From an uncultured Chloroflexia bacterium (GTDB lineage Bacteria > Chloroflexota > Dehalococcoidia > DSTF01 > JALHUB01): a stretch of 64,000 nucleotides of DNA. Both the position numbers and the translations under genes were made by a program. Positions 27,974 to 36,789 of the stretch are shown piece after piece. Every line of letters begins with the position of its first letter. The first letter of the stretch is position 1. The notes beneath the pieces are model-generated. The model worked only from the letters and a program-made list of their open reading frames with translations. It had not been told where the DNA came from and made no database searches. The DNA lies in assembly GCA_963703345.1 (NCBI GenBank), contig OY969814.1, positions 2,219,753 to 2,283,752 on the forward strand, written 5' to 3'.

Positions 27974-28327
27974 GGATCCCTCCAGTAAGCGCGGTTCAGA
28001 GTAACGGACCCAACCCGAGGTTCATATTCGATGAGTCCGCGACAAAGCGCTTGACCCCGACGCGAAAACCAGTTGACGGCCTCCTCCCAAGGAGCCGTCC
28101 AGCCTCTTCCGGAGGCAAACGATGCCCGCTCAATCTTGGGCCGGTGCTGCGGTGCGATGCGGTTGCGATATCGACAGACCGTTGAAAGAGGGCTCCAGGC
28201 TACGTGCGCCGGGCGCCGCGATGGTAGGTGAGAACCCCTCTCGTTCTCTCAACACGGTGTGGGCAAGTCTATGCCGCCTGTCGACGATTTCCACTGCAGG
28301 GCCGACCGATTGCGAAGACAAAGCGTT

Positions 28328-29272
28328 TCAAACTGGGGCCGGAACGCTATTCGGCGGACTCATCTCCTTTGCGGGCATTGACTTTATCGCTTCGCCACAA
28401 CCGCCATCGCAGCCGTTGTCCGGTACGTGGTTTGCCTCAAAGCAGCTAGGGCACACCATTTGGCCATTGCGAGTGTAGACGCGGCGCATAAGATTCGCCA
28501 GGGTCAGCTCTTCGCCAATCAGCCTATCCAATAGTCCGTCCTCTACCATTGCCCTGCCCAACTTATTGATTCCCTCTGCTCGAATGCCTACTTTCCGAAG
28601 GATCGAGCAGCTCCACGACACCACATCGGCCAACTCCTCGATCATGTGAGCGCGATGACGATCGATCTCTTTGCTACCTTCTGCGGGAGCATCGCAGAGT
28701 ATGCGTATATCTTCCGCAACCTCGGCGACCTCCTCTAGGTAATGAAACCCGATGTCGCTGTCTAGACGCAGCTGGTCATCCTTGTCGAAGATCTCCTTGA
28801 AGAGGCCCTCAAGGTCACAAAGGGTCTTGGGCACGTGCCCCTTGGATTTCTTTCTATTTCTGGTCAACTGGTCAGCGACGTGTTCTTTGTCAAGAGGGCC
28901 TCTTAGTGACGCGCATTGGCAGCCAGGGCTCAGGCAATGGGGACAGATCAGCGGATATTTGTAGAACGCAATCGTCCCAAGGCCGTCAAGCGCTCCCAAA
29001 TGCGGATCGGTAATAGGCTCGAATGAGGCTGGAACCTGCTCCTTCTGGCCGAGCTTCCTTACAAAGATAGTCAGCCAACACCAGGCTTGCGCTAAGCCTA
29101 CTAGTTGGGCCGAAAGGACCTCCTCGCGAATCCCTTCTCCTACCGCTGCCGCATGCTCTGCGACCTTCAACCAGATTCGCTCCAGGGATCGCTTTCCGGC
29201 CAACTCCCCGTAGAGTGACCAAAGCCCATCTGCCCAGGCATCAAGGTTGTCGTCGTCAGGAGCAGTAACCAT
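28328..29272 (-). CDS. tandem MazG-like nucleotide pyrophosphohydrolase with Cys clusters
   Basis: Second domain LEEVAEVAE..IEELADVVSW; first degenerate VAEHAAAVGE..GLAQAWCW; CPHC...CQC and CPSC...C...C. Confidence 0.78.
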   Translation of the reverse strand: MVTAPDDDNLDAWADGLWSLYGELAGKRSLERIWLKVAEHAAAVGEGIREEVLSAQLVGLAQAWCWLTIFVRKLGQKEQVPASFEPITDPHLGALDGLGTIAFYKYPLICPHCLSPGCQCASLRGPLDKEHVADQLTRNRKKSKGHVPKTLCDLEGLFKEIFDKDDQLRLDSDIGFHYLEEVAEVAEDIRILCDAPAEGSKEIDRHRAHMIEELADVVSWSCSILRKVGIRAEGINKLGRAMVEDGLLDRLIGEELTLANLMRRVYTRNGQMVCPSCFEANHVPDNGCDGGCGEAIKSMPAKEMSPPNSVPAPV

Positions 29273-30347
29273 AGGAGAATACTCCTCTTCTCTTGCCCGC
29301 TACCTCAGGGGCGTGCGTCGTCCGTCGATCAACCAACTCTTCATTTGTGGGACCCGTTCCGATAAACACCACCGGGACCCCTAGTTCCCCCTCAATTTCT
29401 CGAGCAAATCGGCGCGCACTTTCGGTGAGGTTCGCAAAATCAGTCTGCCCCTTGTTCTCGAAATCAATGTAGTCCACCCCGTGAACGGCAATAGCCGTAG
29501 GTCGATTCACCGCCGCCGCCCGTTTCACAAGGGCGAGGTCGAAAGTCGCCACTCGCCTGGGGTTCTTGGTGACAGTAGTCAACTCCATTATTGGATAGGG
29601 ATACCCGCTCAACTCCCTCAGTCGATCCCAGGAGATCTCGTCACCGATCTCGCCGGAATTGCCGGCGACCCTTATTGGGAAAGTGCGGACCGCCATGATT
29701 ACATCGTCGACGGCCAACGGACTCAATCCAACCTCGCCTAGAAATGACGCTGCCGTAGTGTCGCGGCTCGTGCAATATGGGAACTGAGCCGTGTGGTAAA
29801 GCGAGAGGCCATAACCTTGAGTGCCTTCTACTAAGGTTTTCGCCCCGCGATCGACCGCACTGTTGACTTCGTCGGCGACGTCCGTGAGAAATAGACGCAG
29901 CTCGGGCACGTCTTTAGCGAGTCTGAAAGATTCGTCGCGAAGAGCCCTGCGAGCGACGGCTGAACCTGTCCCGGACAACGTCGAGCCGCATCTCTCCCTG
30001 AGAAGGGTGCGTGTCTCAGCAGCCCGGTCAGTCTCCTCAATGATGCCCGTGTTTCGATCGATGCCAATTCTGTCCGGGCGCACGCCGAACGTCGCTAACT
30101 CATCAAAGAACACGCCAACATCCAGCAAACCGCCAGCAGCAATCAATAGCCGGGTCCTGGAGTTTACAAGTCCGGCCGGGATGCTCCGCAGTTGAATTCT
30201 CTTGCCGCCCATGTCAACGGTGTGGCCGGAGTTGGGTCCGCCGCAGCGCACTACGTATTCGACATCATCAGTCATACTCAGGTGGGAGCAGATTTTGCCC
30301 TTGCCCTCTCCTCCGTATTGAGCGCCCACGATCACCGTCACGCCCAT
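29256..30347 (-). CDS. divergent short-type adenylosuccinate synthetase homolog (PurA/PurZ-like)
   Basis: GAQYGGEGKGK, GPNSGHTV, EGTQG..LS, PYCTSRD, RTFPIRVAGNSG, TTVTKNPRRV, IGTGP. Confidence 0.9.
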   Translation of the reverse strand: MGVTVIVGAQYGGEGKGKICSHLSMTDDVEYVVRCGGPNSGHTVDMGGKRIQLRSIPAGLVNSRTRLLIAAGGLLDVGVFFDELATFGVRPDRIGIDRNTGIIEETDRAAETRTLLRERCGSTLSGTGSAVARRALRDESFRLAKDVPELRLFLTDVADEVNSAVDRGAKTLVEGTQGYGLSLYHTAQFPYCTSRDTTAASFLGEVGLSPLAVDDVIMAVRTFPIRVAGNSGEIGDEISWDRLRELSGYPYPIMELTTVTKNPRRVATFDLALVKRAAAVNRPTAIAVHGVDYIDFENKGQTDFANLTESARRFAREIEGELGVPVVFIGTGPTNEELVDRRTTHAPEVAGKRRGVFSYGYCS

Positions 30348-31921
30348 TGCAGACCTCCTGAGACACTCGTCTCTTTGGCTCGCGGCATTCGAACGCCTTC
30401 ATGATGATTCGGCGCTGTCGGCACGATTAGATAGCCTTCATCGTCGTTGCCCAGCGCTTCGTAGTCACCCGCAAGATAGAAATAACCGACGATGGCCGAG
30501 GTTATTGCATCCAGTTCATCATGACTAAGCGACTGATCAGCAAGCGGCCCCGTTATCCCAAAGTCGAGGAGCGACATCCTAAGCTCCTCTCTCCCTGTAC
30601 TCTTCCGCGGTATTCGAAGAATGTCTTGGGCGGCCCCGGGGAAGCTCTCGATGACTTCAAGACCCTGTTGCCGCAATCTGTTCGCCAGCGTGATGCCCCG
30701 ATTCGTCAAAGCGATCATTGTCGGCAATTGACACCAGAACACGGAGATCCCGCGCTGCTTGAGCTCCAGCTCCGAGTGCCGGTAGATCTTCCGAATGCCC
30801 CCGTCCGTGGGTGCAGGCAAATTGAGCGGAGAGTCAATAGATACTACGTCGGGTTTTGCCTGCAGCGTCAGTTCCACGAGGTCATCGTCCGTTCGCACCA
30901 CTTTGGTCGTTGCGTGTCTGCCTTTGAGCAGCGCCCAGCCCGTCGGCCGCTTTGGTGATGCGGCGAGATCAATGCCGACTATCCCGCGCTCTGTTCCAGT
31001 CTTTCGGAGAAGCGACAGTATGCGGTGCTTCCGGGGAGGGGTGACAGCTCGTCCGGAAGCCAACGGGGCGAGGGCCATACGGAGTGCCTCTTCGACTTGG
31101 GTGGCCGTCATGTCCATGCCGACAATTGGCCCGGGTGGCTCACTTGGGCTGCTGCTCAGCAAACGGCGACTTGCCTCCGAGTATGCGAAGTTTAGCAGTT
31201 GAACAAGGTTGACGGTATCCCACATGTTGTAGCGCACTAGTTGTTCGAAAGCGGACTGCTGGCCACGCTTATACGCGAACCAAAGGGCGGCGGCCTGCCT
31301 TCCTGTAATGGCCTGAGATTCCGCATCTCTGGTGAGACCGAGCGCCTGCTCGATGCGCTTGAGGCCTCCCCGTAGCTCGAGGCGGGCGAGAAGAAAACGT
31401 AGATCCACATGAACCAAGGGTAGATCAAGCTTCGGGTAGGCGGACCGCAAGAAGGGGATGTCGAACTGGCTCCCATTGAATGTCACCAGGATCCCGAAAC
31501 GACGCACTGCGTCAGGGAAGCGCTCCAAGTTGACGCCCTGGACGAAGCATTCGTAGCCTTCCTTGCTGTACAGACCTACCATGGTCAGTTCGTCGTAATA
31601 GCGACTGAGCCCAGTCGTCTCGACGTCAAGGAAAGCAATGCGGTCAGAGAACTCGCGAACTAGGCGCCATCGTTCGCCAGATGGGAACAGCGGAGCAAAG
31701 TAGTCCAAACGACGGTGATCGAGAGCCTGCTTTGACTCGCGGAGCCCCGACAGCAGTCGGCGCGAAGGCCCGACCAGGCGCTCGGTCGAAATCGGGGCGG
31801 GATTCAGCGGACGGTCAACCCAAGCGAAGTAGTCCGACCAGGAATGGATTCCCTGGGACCACAGTCGCTGCTCGGTTCGCCTGCCGACTCCGTGTAGGTG
31901 GCTGAAGGTATTGGTGAGCAT
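30338..31921 (-). CDS. HhH + YprB-like RNase_H_2 (DEDD) exonuclease fused to DUF429 (RNase H-fold) domain
   Basis: HLHGVGRRTE, AFLDVETTGL, TFNGSQFDIPFL, HVDL, GGLK.IE, YN.WD; C-term GIDLAAS, IDSPL, IESFPG, DELDA. Confidence 0.82.
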   Translation of the reverse strand: MLTNTFSHLHGVGRRTEQRLWSQGIHSWSDYFAWVDRPLNPAPISTERLVGPSRRLLSGLRESKQALDHRRLDYFAPLFPSGERWRLVREFSDRIAFLDVETTGLSRYYDELTMVGLYSKEGYECFVQGVNLERFPDAVRRFGILVTFNGSQFDIPFLRSAYPKLDLPLVHVDLRFLLARLELRGGLKRIEQALGLTRDAESQAITGRQAAALWFAYKRGQQSAFEQLVRYNMWDTVNLVQLLNFAYSEASRRLLSSSPSEPPGPIVGMDMTATQVEEALRMALAPLASGRAVTPPRKHRILSLLRKTGTERGIVGIDLAASPKRPTGWALLKGRHATTKVVRTDDDLVELTLQAKPDVVSIDSPLNLPAPTDGGIRKIYRHSELELKQRGISVFWCQLPTMIALTNRGITLANRLRQQGLEVIESFPGAAQDILRIPRKSTGREELRMSLLDFGITGPLADQSLSHDELDAITSAIVGYFYLAGDYEALGNDDEGYLIVPTAPNHHEGVRMPRAKETSVSGGLQWA

Positions 31922-32139
31922 CCTGCGACGGTTATTCTACGCGAGGCCCGACTCGCGTGCTAGCCTTCGCCGACGACATACGCGTGCGGGGGCCCTCTTA
32001 CACAACCACGTCGTGTGCTGCCGCCGGGCATTCTGTACTCTACCATCATGCAAGGAGTCATCATTACCATTCTGTCCGCCAGGAATTTGCCAGTCACGTC
32101 CCGTTACCCTACCATTGGCGGTTGAAAGGTTGACGTTGG

Positions 32140-33618
32140 ATGACAGATTCCGACCCTTCAACGCATTGGCCGAGCCACATCTCGCCTCTTGAGTTCCGGT
32201 ACCTGCCTTCTGGGGACCCGAGAAGCGAACGAGTCAGGCAGTATCTCACTGAAGAAGCCTATGTCCGCTATCTCACCAGGGTCGAGTCCGAGCTGGCAAG
32301 GGCACTTGGTAGGCTGGGGGTATGCCCTCAGGAAGTTGCGGATTCTATTTCGAGGGCAGCTGATGCTGTCAGCGCCGTGGAAGTGTACCACGAAGAGCGC
32401 ACTACAGGTCATCAGATCCCGGCCCTGGTAAACTGCATACGTCGAAGGGTTCCCCCCGATGCGGCGAATTTCGTTCACCTTTTTGCCACGTCGTCTGACA
32501 TCATGGACACCGCGAACGCCTTACGCTACAAAGAATTCGCCAGGGACGTTCTGCTCGTTGACCTCATTCGGCTGGAGCGAACGCTTATCGAACTAGCCGA
32601 GATGCACGCTAGCACAAGACAGGTGGGCAGAACTCATGGGATGTTTGCTGAACCCTTGACATTTGGCTTCGCGCTAGCGTTCTACGTTGATCGGCTCGGC
32701 AATCGAATCCGCAGCATTAATGACGCTCGGAACAACCTACGAGGCAAACTCTCCGGCGCAGTGGGGGCCTACAATTCGATGTCGCTTGCGTTCCCGGACG
32801 ACCCTACGGTTCTGGAATCCGACGTTCTGGGCCACCTGGGCTTGCAGCCCTCAGACACTCGCATTTCAACGCAGATTGTTCAACCTGAATACTTGACAGA
32901 CTTCGTTTATTCGGTCGTGACGTGTCATTCCGTGATCGCGAATCTCGCCGATGACATGAGACACTTACACAGAAGCGAAATCGCGGAGGTGCGAGAACGT
33001 AGTGGCGAGGGCCGGGTGGGCTCTTCAACAATGCCTCGCAAGATCAACCCCCAGTCCTTCGAGACCGTAAAGAGCATGTGGAAGGTGACGATGCCGCGCC
33101 TCACTACCGTGTTGCTCGATCAGATATCCGAGCATCAGCGAGACTTGACGAACTCGGCCTCGATGCGCTTCATGCCCGAGATTCTGGCGGCTGTCGATTT
33201 CTCAGTTTGTCTTCTTGGCGACGCAATGCAGCGTCTGGAAGTAGGGGTTGACAGCATGAAGTCGAACCTCGCCTCTGCCTCGCGGGAGACCGTAGCAGAG
33301 CCGCTCTACATCTTGCTCGCGCTCAACGGCTGCCCGAACGGTTTCGCGAAAGCGCGCGACCTGGTAGGCCAATCTATCGCTACTGGTGTGCCGGTGTTAG
33401 ACCTTTGCGAGGTTGATGAAGATGTGCGTCCGATCCTCGCCCGACTGCGCCAGGAACATGTTGCTATCCTTCAGGACCCGAGCCTCTATGTGGGAGACGC
33501 GGTGAGGAGAGGCAACGAAACGTGCGCCCTCTGGCGCGCCCAAGTCAACCGGCTAGAGGCCGCATTGCAGCGAGAAAGAGCGGAGCGTTCGGCTTCGTCT
33601 CTTGGGCCGAGGCTGTGA
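32140..33618 (+). CDS. purB: adenylosuccinate lyase homolog (accessory PurB)
   Basis: ISPLEFRY, HLFATSSD, GRTHG..AEP.TFG, SGAVG, STQI, GSSTMPRKINP, QRDLTNSASMR. Confidence 0.88.
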   Translation: MTDSDPSTHWPSHISPLEFRYLPSGDPRSERVRQYLTEEAYVRYLTRVESELARALGRLGVCPQEVADSISRAADAVSAVEVYHEERTTGHQIPALVNCIRRRVPPDAANFVHLFATSSDIMDTANALRYKEFARDVLLVDLIRLERTLIELAEMHASTRQVGRTHGMFAEPLTFGFALAFYVDRLGNRIRSINDARNNLRGKLSGAVGAYNSMSLAFPDDPTVLESDVLGHLGLQPSDTRISTQIVQPEYLTDFVYSVVTCHSVIANLADDMRHLHRSEIAEVRERSGEGRVGSSTMPRKINPQSFETVKSMWKVTMPRLTTVLLDQISEHQRDLTNSASMRFMPEILAAVDFSVCLLGDAMQRLEVGVDSMKSNLASASRETVAEPLYILLALNGCPNGFAKARDLVGQSIATGVPVLDLCEVDEDVRPILARLRQEHVAILQDPSLYVGDAVRRGNETCALWRAQVNRLEAALQRERAERSASSLGPRL

Positions 33619-33699
33619 CGCGTGACCCTATGCTTCGGAGACAAATACTCTACTGGACTCGTCGGCCGTGTGCTGGCAGCGGAGCATTGCGCGCTGTTT

Positions 33700-34317
33700 T
33701 TAGGATGACGTTTTGCGGCCGCTCGTGGTGCCCGTTCTCTCGTCGGCAAGAATCTTCGCCCACTGCTCTTTGGACTCTTTCTCGCCGTAAGGCCACTCCG
33801 CGAAGGTGAGAACCAGGACCACTATCGTGTAAACCATCCCGAGAGCGATGACGCTTACAAAACCCTCCCTGGGATTGGGCTTAAGGTCGAAGGCTACCTG
33901 TACCAGAAATGGCAGCGCACCCGCTGCGATTCCTAGAAGGAGGAAGACCATAGCTTGCGCTCCTGAATATGCACGTATGGCTACGCGTCGCCGGAGCTTG
34001 CGGTATATCTCCCATCGCTGTTCCCATTGTGACTGGCCAGTCGCAGAGAGATAAGCAGTGATCACTCGTAATTGGACCTTCAGTGCCTGGTGCAGGCAAA
34101 ACAGCGCTAGAAGAACAAGCAAGAGCAGAAGAGAGATACCGTAGGTAATCCATCCAACATCGCTGGCTGTCGCATTAGCCTTCTCCACTATCCAGCCGGC
34201 GCCGACGCCGAAAATCGTAACTGCCAGGATGGTTATGAGAAGCCTCTGATTCACTATTTGATTGACCTCGCCGTGAAGCTTCGTGGCATCGAGTTTCTCA
34301 CCTTCTTCTGTCTGCAC
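33700..34317 (-). CDS. four-TM membrane protein
   Basis: GTG start after AGGAGG; four hydrophobic helices; overlaps the Nudix stop. Confidence 0.75.
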   Translation of the reverse strand: MQTEEGEKLDATKLHGEVNQIVNQRLLITILAVTIFGVGAGWIVEKANATASDVGWITYGISLLLLLVLLALFCLHQALKVQLRVITAYLSATGQSQWEQRWEIYRKLRRRVAIRAYSGAQAMVFLLLGIAAGALPFLVQVAFDLKPNPREGFVSVIALGMVYTIVVLVLTFAEWPYGEKESKEQWAKILADERTGTTSGRKTSS

Positions 34318-35290
34318 GACGCGGCCTCCTGTGTGTCGAGTCCTGGCCGGAATACTTCCCCATTTCTCTCTCAAGGGCAGCAAGTGATGTCGCATTACCG
34401 AAACAGCGGGACATCGCAAGCAAGAGGCGATATCTCGACGTCGGGTGCCAGCGGTAACCGCGTCGTGTCTGCACAATTAGACGTGCCACGTTGGTCGGCA
34501 GAAGAGGGACGAATCGCAGACGTTTCAACTCTGCTCTACTACGGTCCCTTCGTTTTCTCCACGACGTCATAAGATCGCCAGACGAGAAGGCCGTCTTTAG
34601 ATAGGCTACGATTGCAGGATTGGCTATCGCCGATTCGATGACCACGGCGAGGAGCGCACAATCGCTTGGTTCGGCACCTGCAGGAAAGAGTTCCTCGTTT
34701 ACGCCTCGCGCTGCCGCTGCGTGAAATGCTGCATCCCCATAGGCCAAATCCTCAGGCGAAAGTTGCTCTTCAAAGGAGGCACACCAATGGAGTGGGTGGT
34801 ATTCTACCCACTCGCTCCTCTGGGCAAGCACTAGCATTTCATCCGCGGTCTCCACGATGCCGTGAATGCTGACAATGTTTGGAGTTGAGGCGGTTTTGGA
34901 TTCGACGAGGGTCCGGATAAGCTCAAGCCGCGAGCCTATCCCCCCGTTCGACCTGAGATACTCGTGAATCGGTTGCACCTCGGACCATTCGGTGGCTTGG
35001 ACACTGAGACGAATCTTCTCCCCCTGAGACGTGTAGGTTCGAAGCGACAGTTTGCGTTCGCTAATCTCGTCACGGTGATGTTCAAGCCATGAATCTCTGA
35101 GTGCACGCCAACTATCCGAGATACCTCCTACTCTGCGTTGAATTCTGACACGCGTGTCTCGAATTTCCCACCCTGGCGATAGGCTTGGCGCTCTAGTCCC
35201 TTCGATTGCTCCATCCACGATCAGCTGGGGCATAGGAATTTGGGTCGCCCTGCCGCCGCTCGGGACTGCGTAGAATTCCTGAAAATCCAT
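34298..35290 (-). CDS. divergent Nudix-fold protein
   Basis: IHGIVETAD..LVLAQRS..V.YHP..W.ASFEE, degenerate Nudix box AAARGVNEEL. Confidence 0.68.
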   Translation of the reverse strand: MDFQEFYAVPSGGRATQIPMPQLIVDGAIEGTRAPSLSPGWEIRDTRVRIQRRVGGISDSWRALRDSWLEHHRDEISERKLSLRTYTSQGEKIRLSVQATEWSEVQPIHEYLRSNGGIGSRLELIRTLVESKTASTPNIVSIHGIVETADEMLVLAQRSEWVEYHPLHWCASFEEQLSPEDLAYGDAAFHAAAARGVNEELFPAGAEPSDCALLAVVIESAIANPAIVAYLKTAFSSGDLMTSWRKRRDRSRAELKRLRFVPLLPTNVARLIVQTRRGYRWHPTSRYRLLLAMSRCFGNATSLAALEREMGKYSGQDSTHRRPRRADRRR

Positions 35291-35296
35291 CGCAGT

Positions 35297-36667
35297 TCAG
35301 GAGAGATTCGTCGGTCGAATGCTATGAGCATCCATGCGTCGTGCCGCCTTTGTGATTGTGTTGATTACGCCTGCCCGATATTGCCCTCTAGTCCATTGGG
35401 CCAAGGCCTGATATCCGCCGACTAGTGCGGGAACGCTCTGTCCTACTTCATTATGCGAAATCATCGGAGCGACGGCCGCAGCCAACAGAGCCCAGGCCGG
35501 GATTGACCGAGGAGTAGAATTCGTCAATTTCTTCTCCCAAGCTCGCTCCAGCGCTGTCGCGTGCTCGCGAATTGCGTCCTCTAGTTGCTCTTCATGCCTG
35601 TCATCCTCGTGCCATCGTGCCAACGCTTCTTGATAGCGCTGGCGCGTAAGATCCGTTTCCTGGAACACTAGCGTCACTTTAGGCCACTCCAACTCCAGCG
35701 GATCCCATTTGAACAATCCCGCGACTCCCTTGAGCCAAAGACGATTCGAGGAAGACTCCCTCTGATTCTCATCGAATGGGTACAAGGCGTCGCAGGGCCT
35801 ATCCAGGAAGAGGCTTACCGGCACTGAATCTGGCAGAGCCCCGACCGAAGCACCATCGGGAGCCAGCGTACGTTGCACGGCCGCATTCCACGCGTGAATA
35901 ACCGTGTTCCTTATAGCTCTATATGTTGGGGCATCAAGTCCATCCCTGTGCTCCTCAAGACAGGTCATGACCGCCGACCGAATCCCACGATCTGGCACAT
36001 TGTCGTCGATGAACTTTTTCGTGCTATGGACCACCGTCCAGCTACTCACCCCTAGTTCTTCCGGCCCGCGAGCGTACAACTCTTCCAAAATGTCGTACAT
36101 TGTAACCGGGGCCCGAGTCTTTGCTCGCTTCGTCGCCGAGGTTTCGTCCCGGGAGAAGTACTCAATGGCCCTTAGCGGTCCCGACAACCTCGGGTCCAGG
36201 TCGCCAATACCTCTTGGATACGGCTCAACAAGCATCCTCTCAAGGTCAATACTCCCCGACGACAGCAAGAGGTCGGCAAATCGTGTTATGGGTTGAGCCG
36301 TTCCAAGCGAGGATGAGATCCAGCCAGGCTTGAGCGTCCGCCTCAGTCCCCAGGTCGCGATCCCAAAGTTCCCCAAGGCTCGACCGGTCTTGTCGGGATT
36401 TGCCACGAGTTCGAAAGGTGAGAATTGCGAATCCCGTGCCAAGCGCGCCAGCTCCTCGGGTAGGGCGTCATCCACGAAAAGTGCTTGCACAACGGGACTG
36501 TCGAACAGATGCACATCATTGAGCACGAGCGTGTTCCCGAAGAGCATATGGAGCCTAACGATTCTCTGGGCATTCTCCTTAAGTTGCTGAACGTTCGGTT
36601 GCGGAAGTCCATGCCAAGATTGGGGACGGAAATACTCCCCATCGAACCACTGAGCATAGCGACGCAT
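35297..36667 (-). CDS. hypothetical protein (456 aa)
   Basis: Long ORF, GGAGAAGG RBS, 6 bp from the Nudix gene. Confidence 0.75.
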   Translation of the reverse strand: MRRYAQWFDGEYFRPQSWHGLPQPNVQQLKENAQRIVRLHMLFGNTLVLNDVHLFDSPVVQALFVDDALPEELARLARDSQFSPFELVANPDKTGRALGNFGIATWGLRRTLKPGWISSSLGTAQPITRFADLLLSSGSIDLERMLVEPYPRGIGDLDPRLSGPLRAIEYFSRDETSATKRAKTRAPVTMYDILEELYARGPEELGVSSWTVVHSTKKFIDDNVPDRGIRSAVMTCLEEHRDGLDAPTYRAIRNTVIHAWNAAVQRTLAPDGASVGALPDSVPVSLFLDRPCDALYPFDENQRESSSNRLWLKGVAGLFKWDPLELEWPKVTLVFQETDLTRQRYQEALARWHEDDRHEEQLEDAIREHATALERAWEKKLTNSTPRSIPAWALLAAAVAPMISHNEVGQSVPALVGGYQALAQWTRGQYRAGVINTITKAARRMDAHSIRPTNLS

Positions 36668-36789
36668 CGACCTTCTCCCAACGGATCATCGAGCCGCGTT
36701 CGGGTGGATTTTCGTTGTCCACCTGGACAAGCCCTCAATGACACTACCTGAGACGGCCCGAGCGGCCGGCCCAGACGCCTGGCAGTAGC

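Noticed and set aside
26429-33618. Housekeeping purine operon or canonical phage Z-genome cassette
   Set aside because: PurA lacks D13/R303 and sits in an island with non-metabolic partners; no DatZ (HD) or DpoZ polymerase is visible, so full Z-DNA replacement is unsupported.
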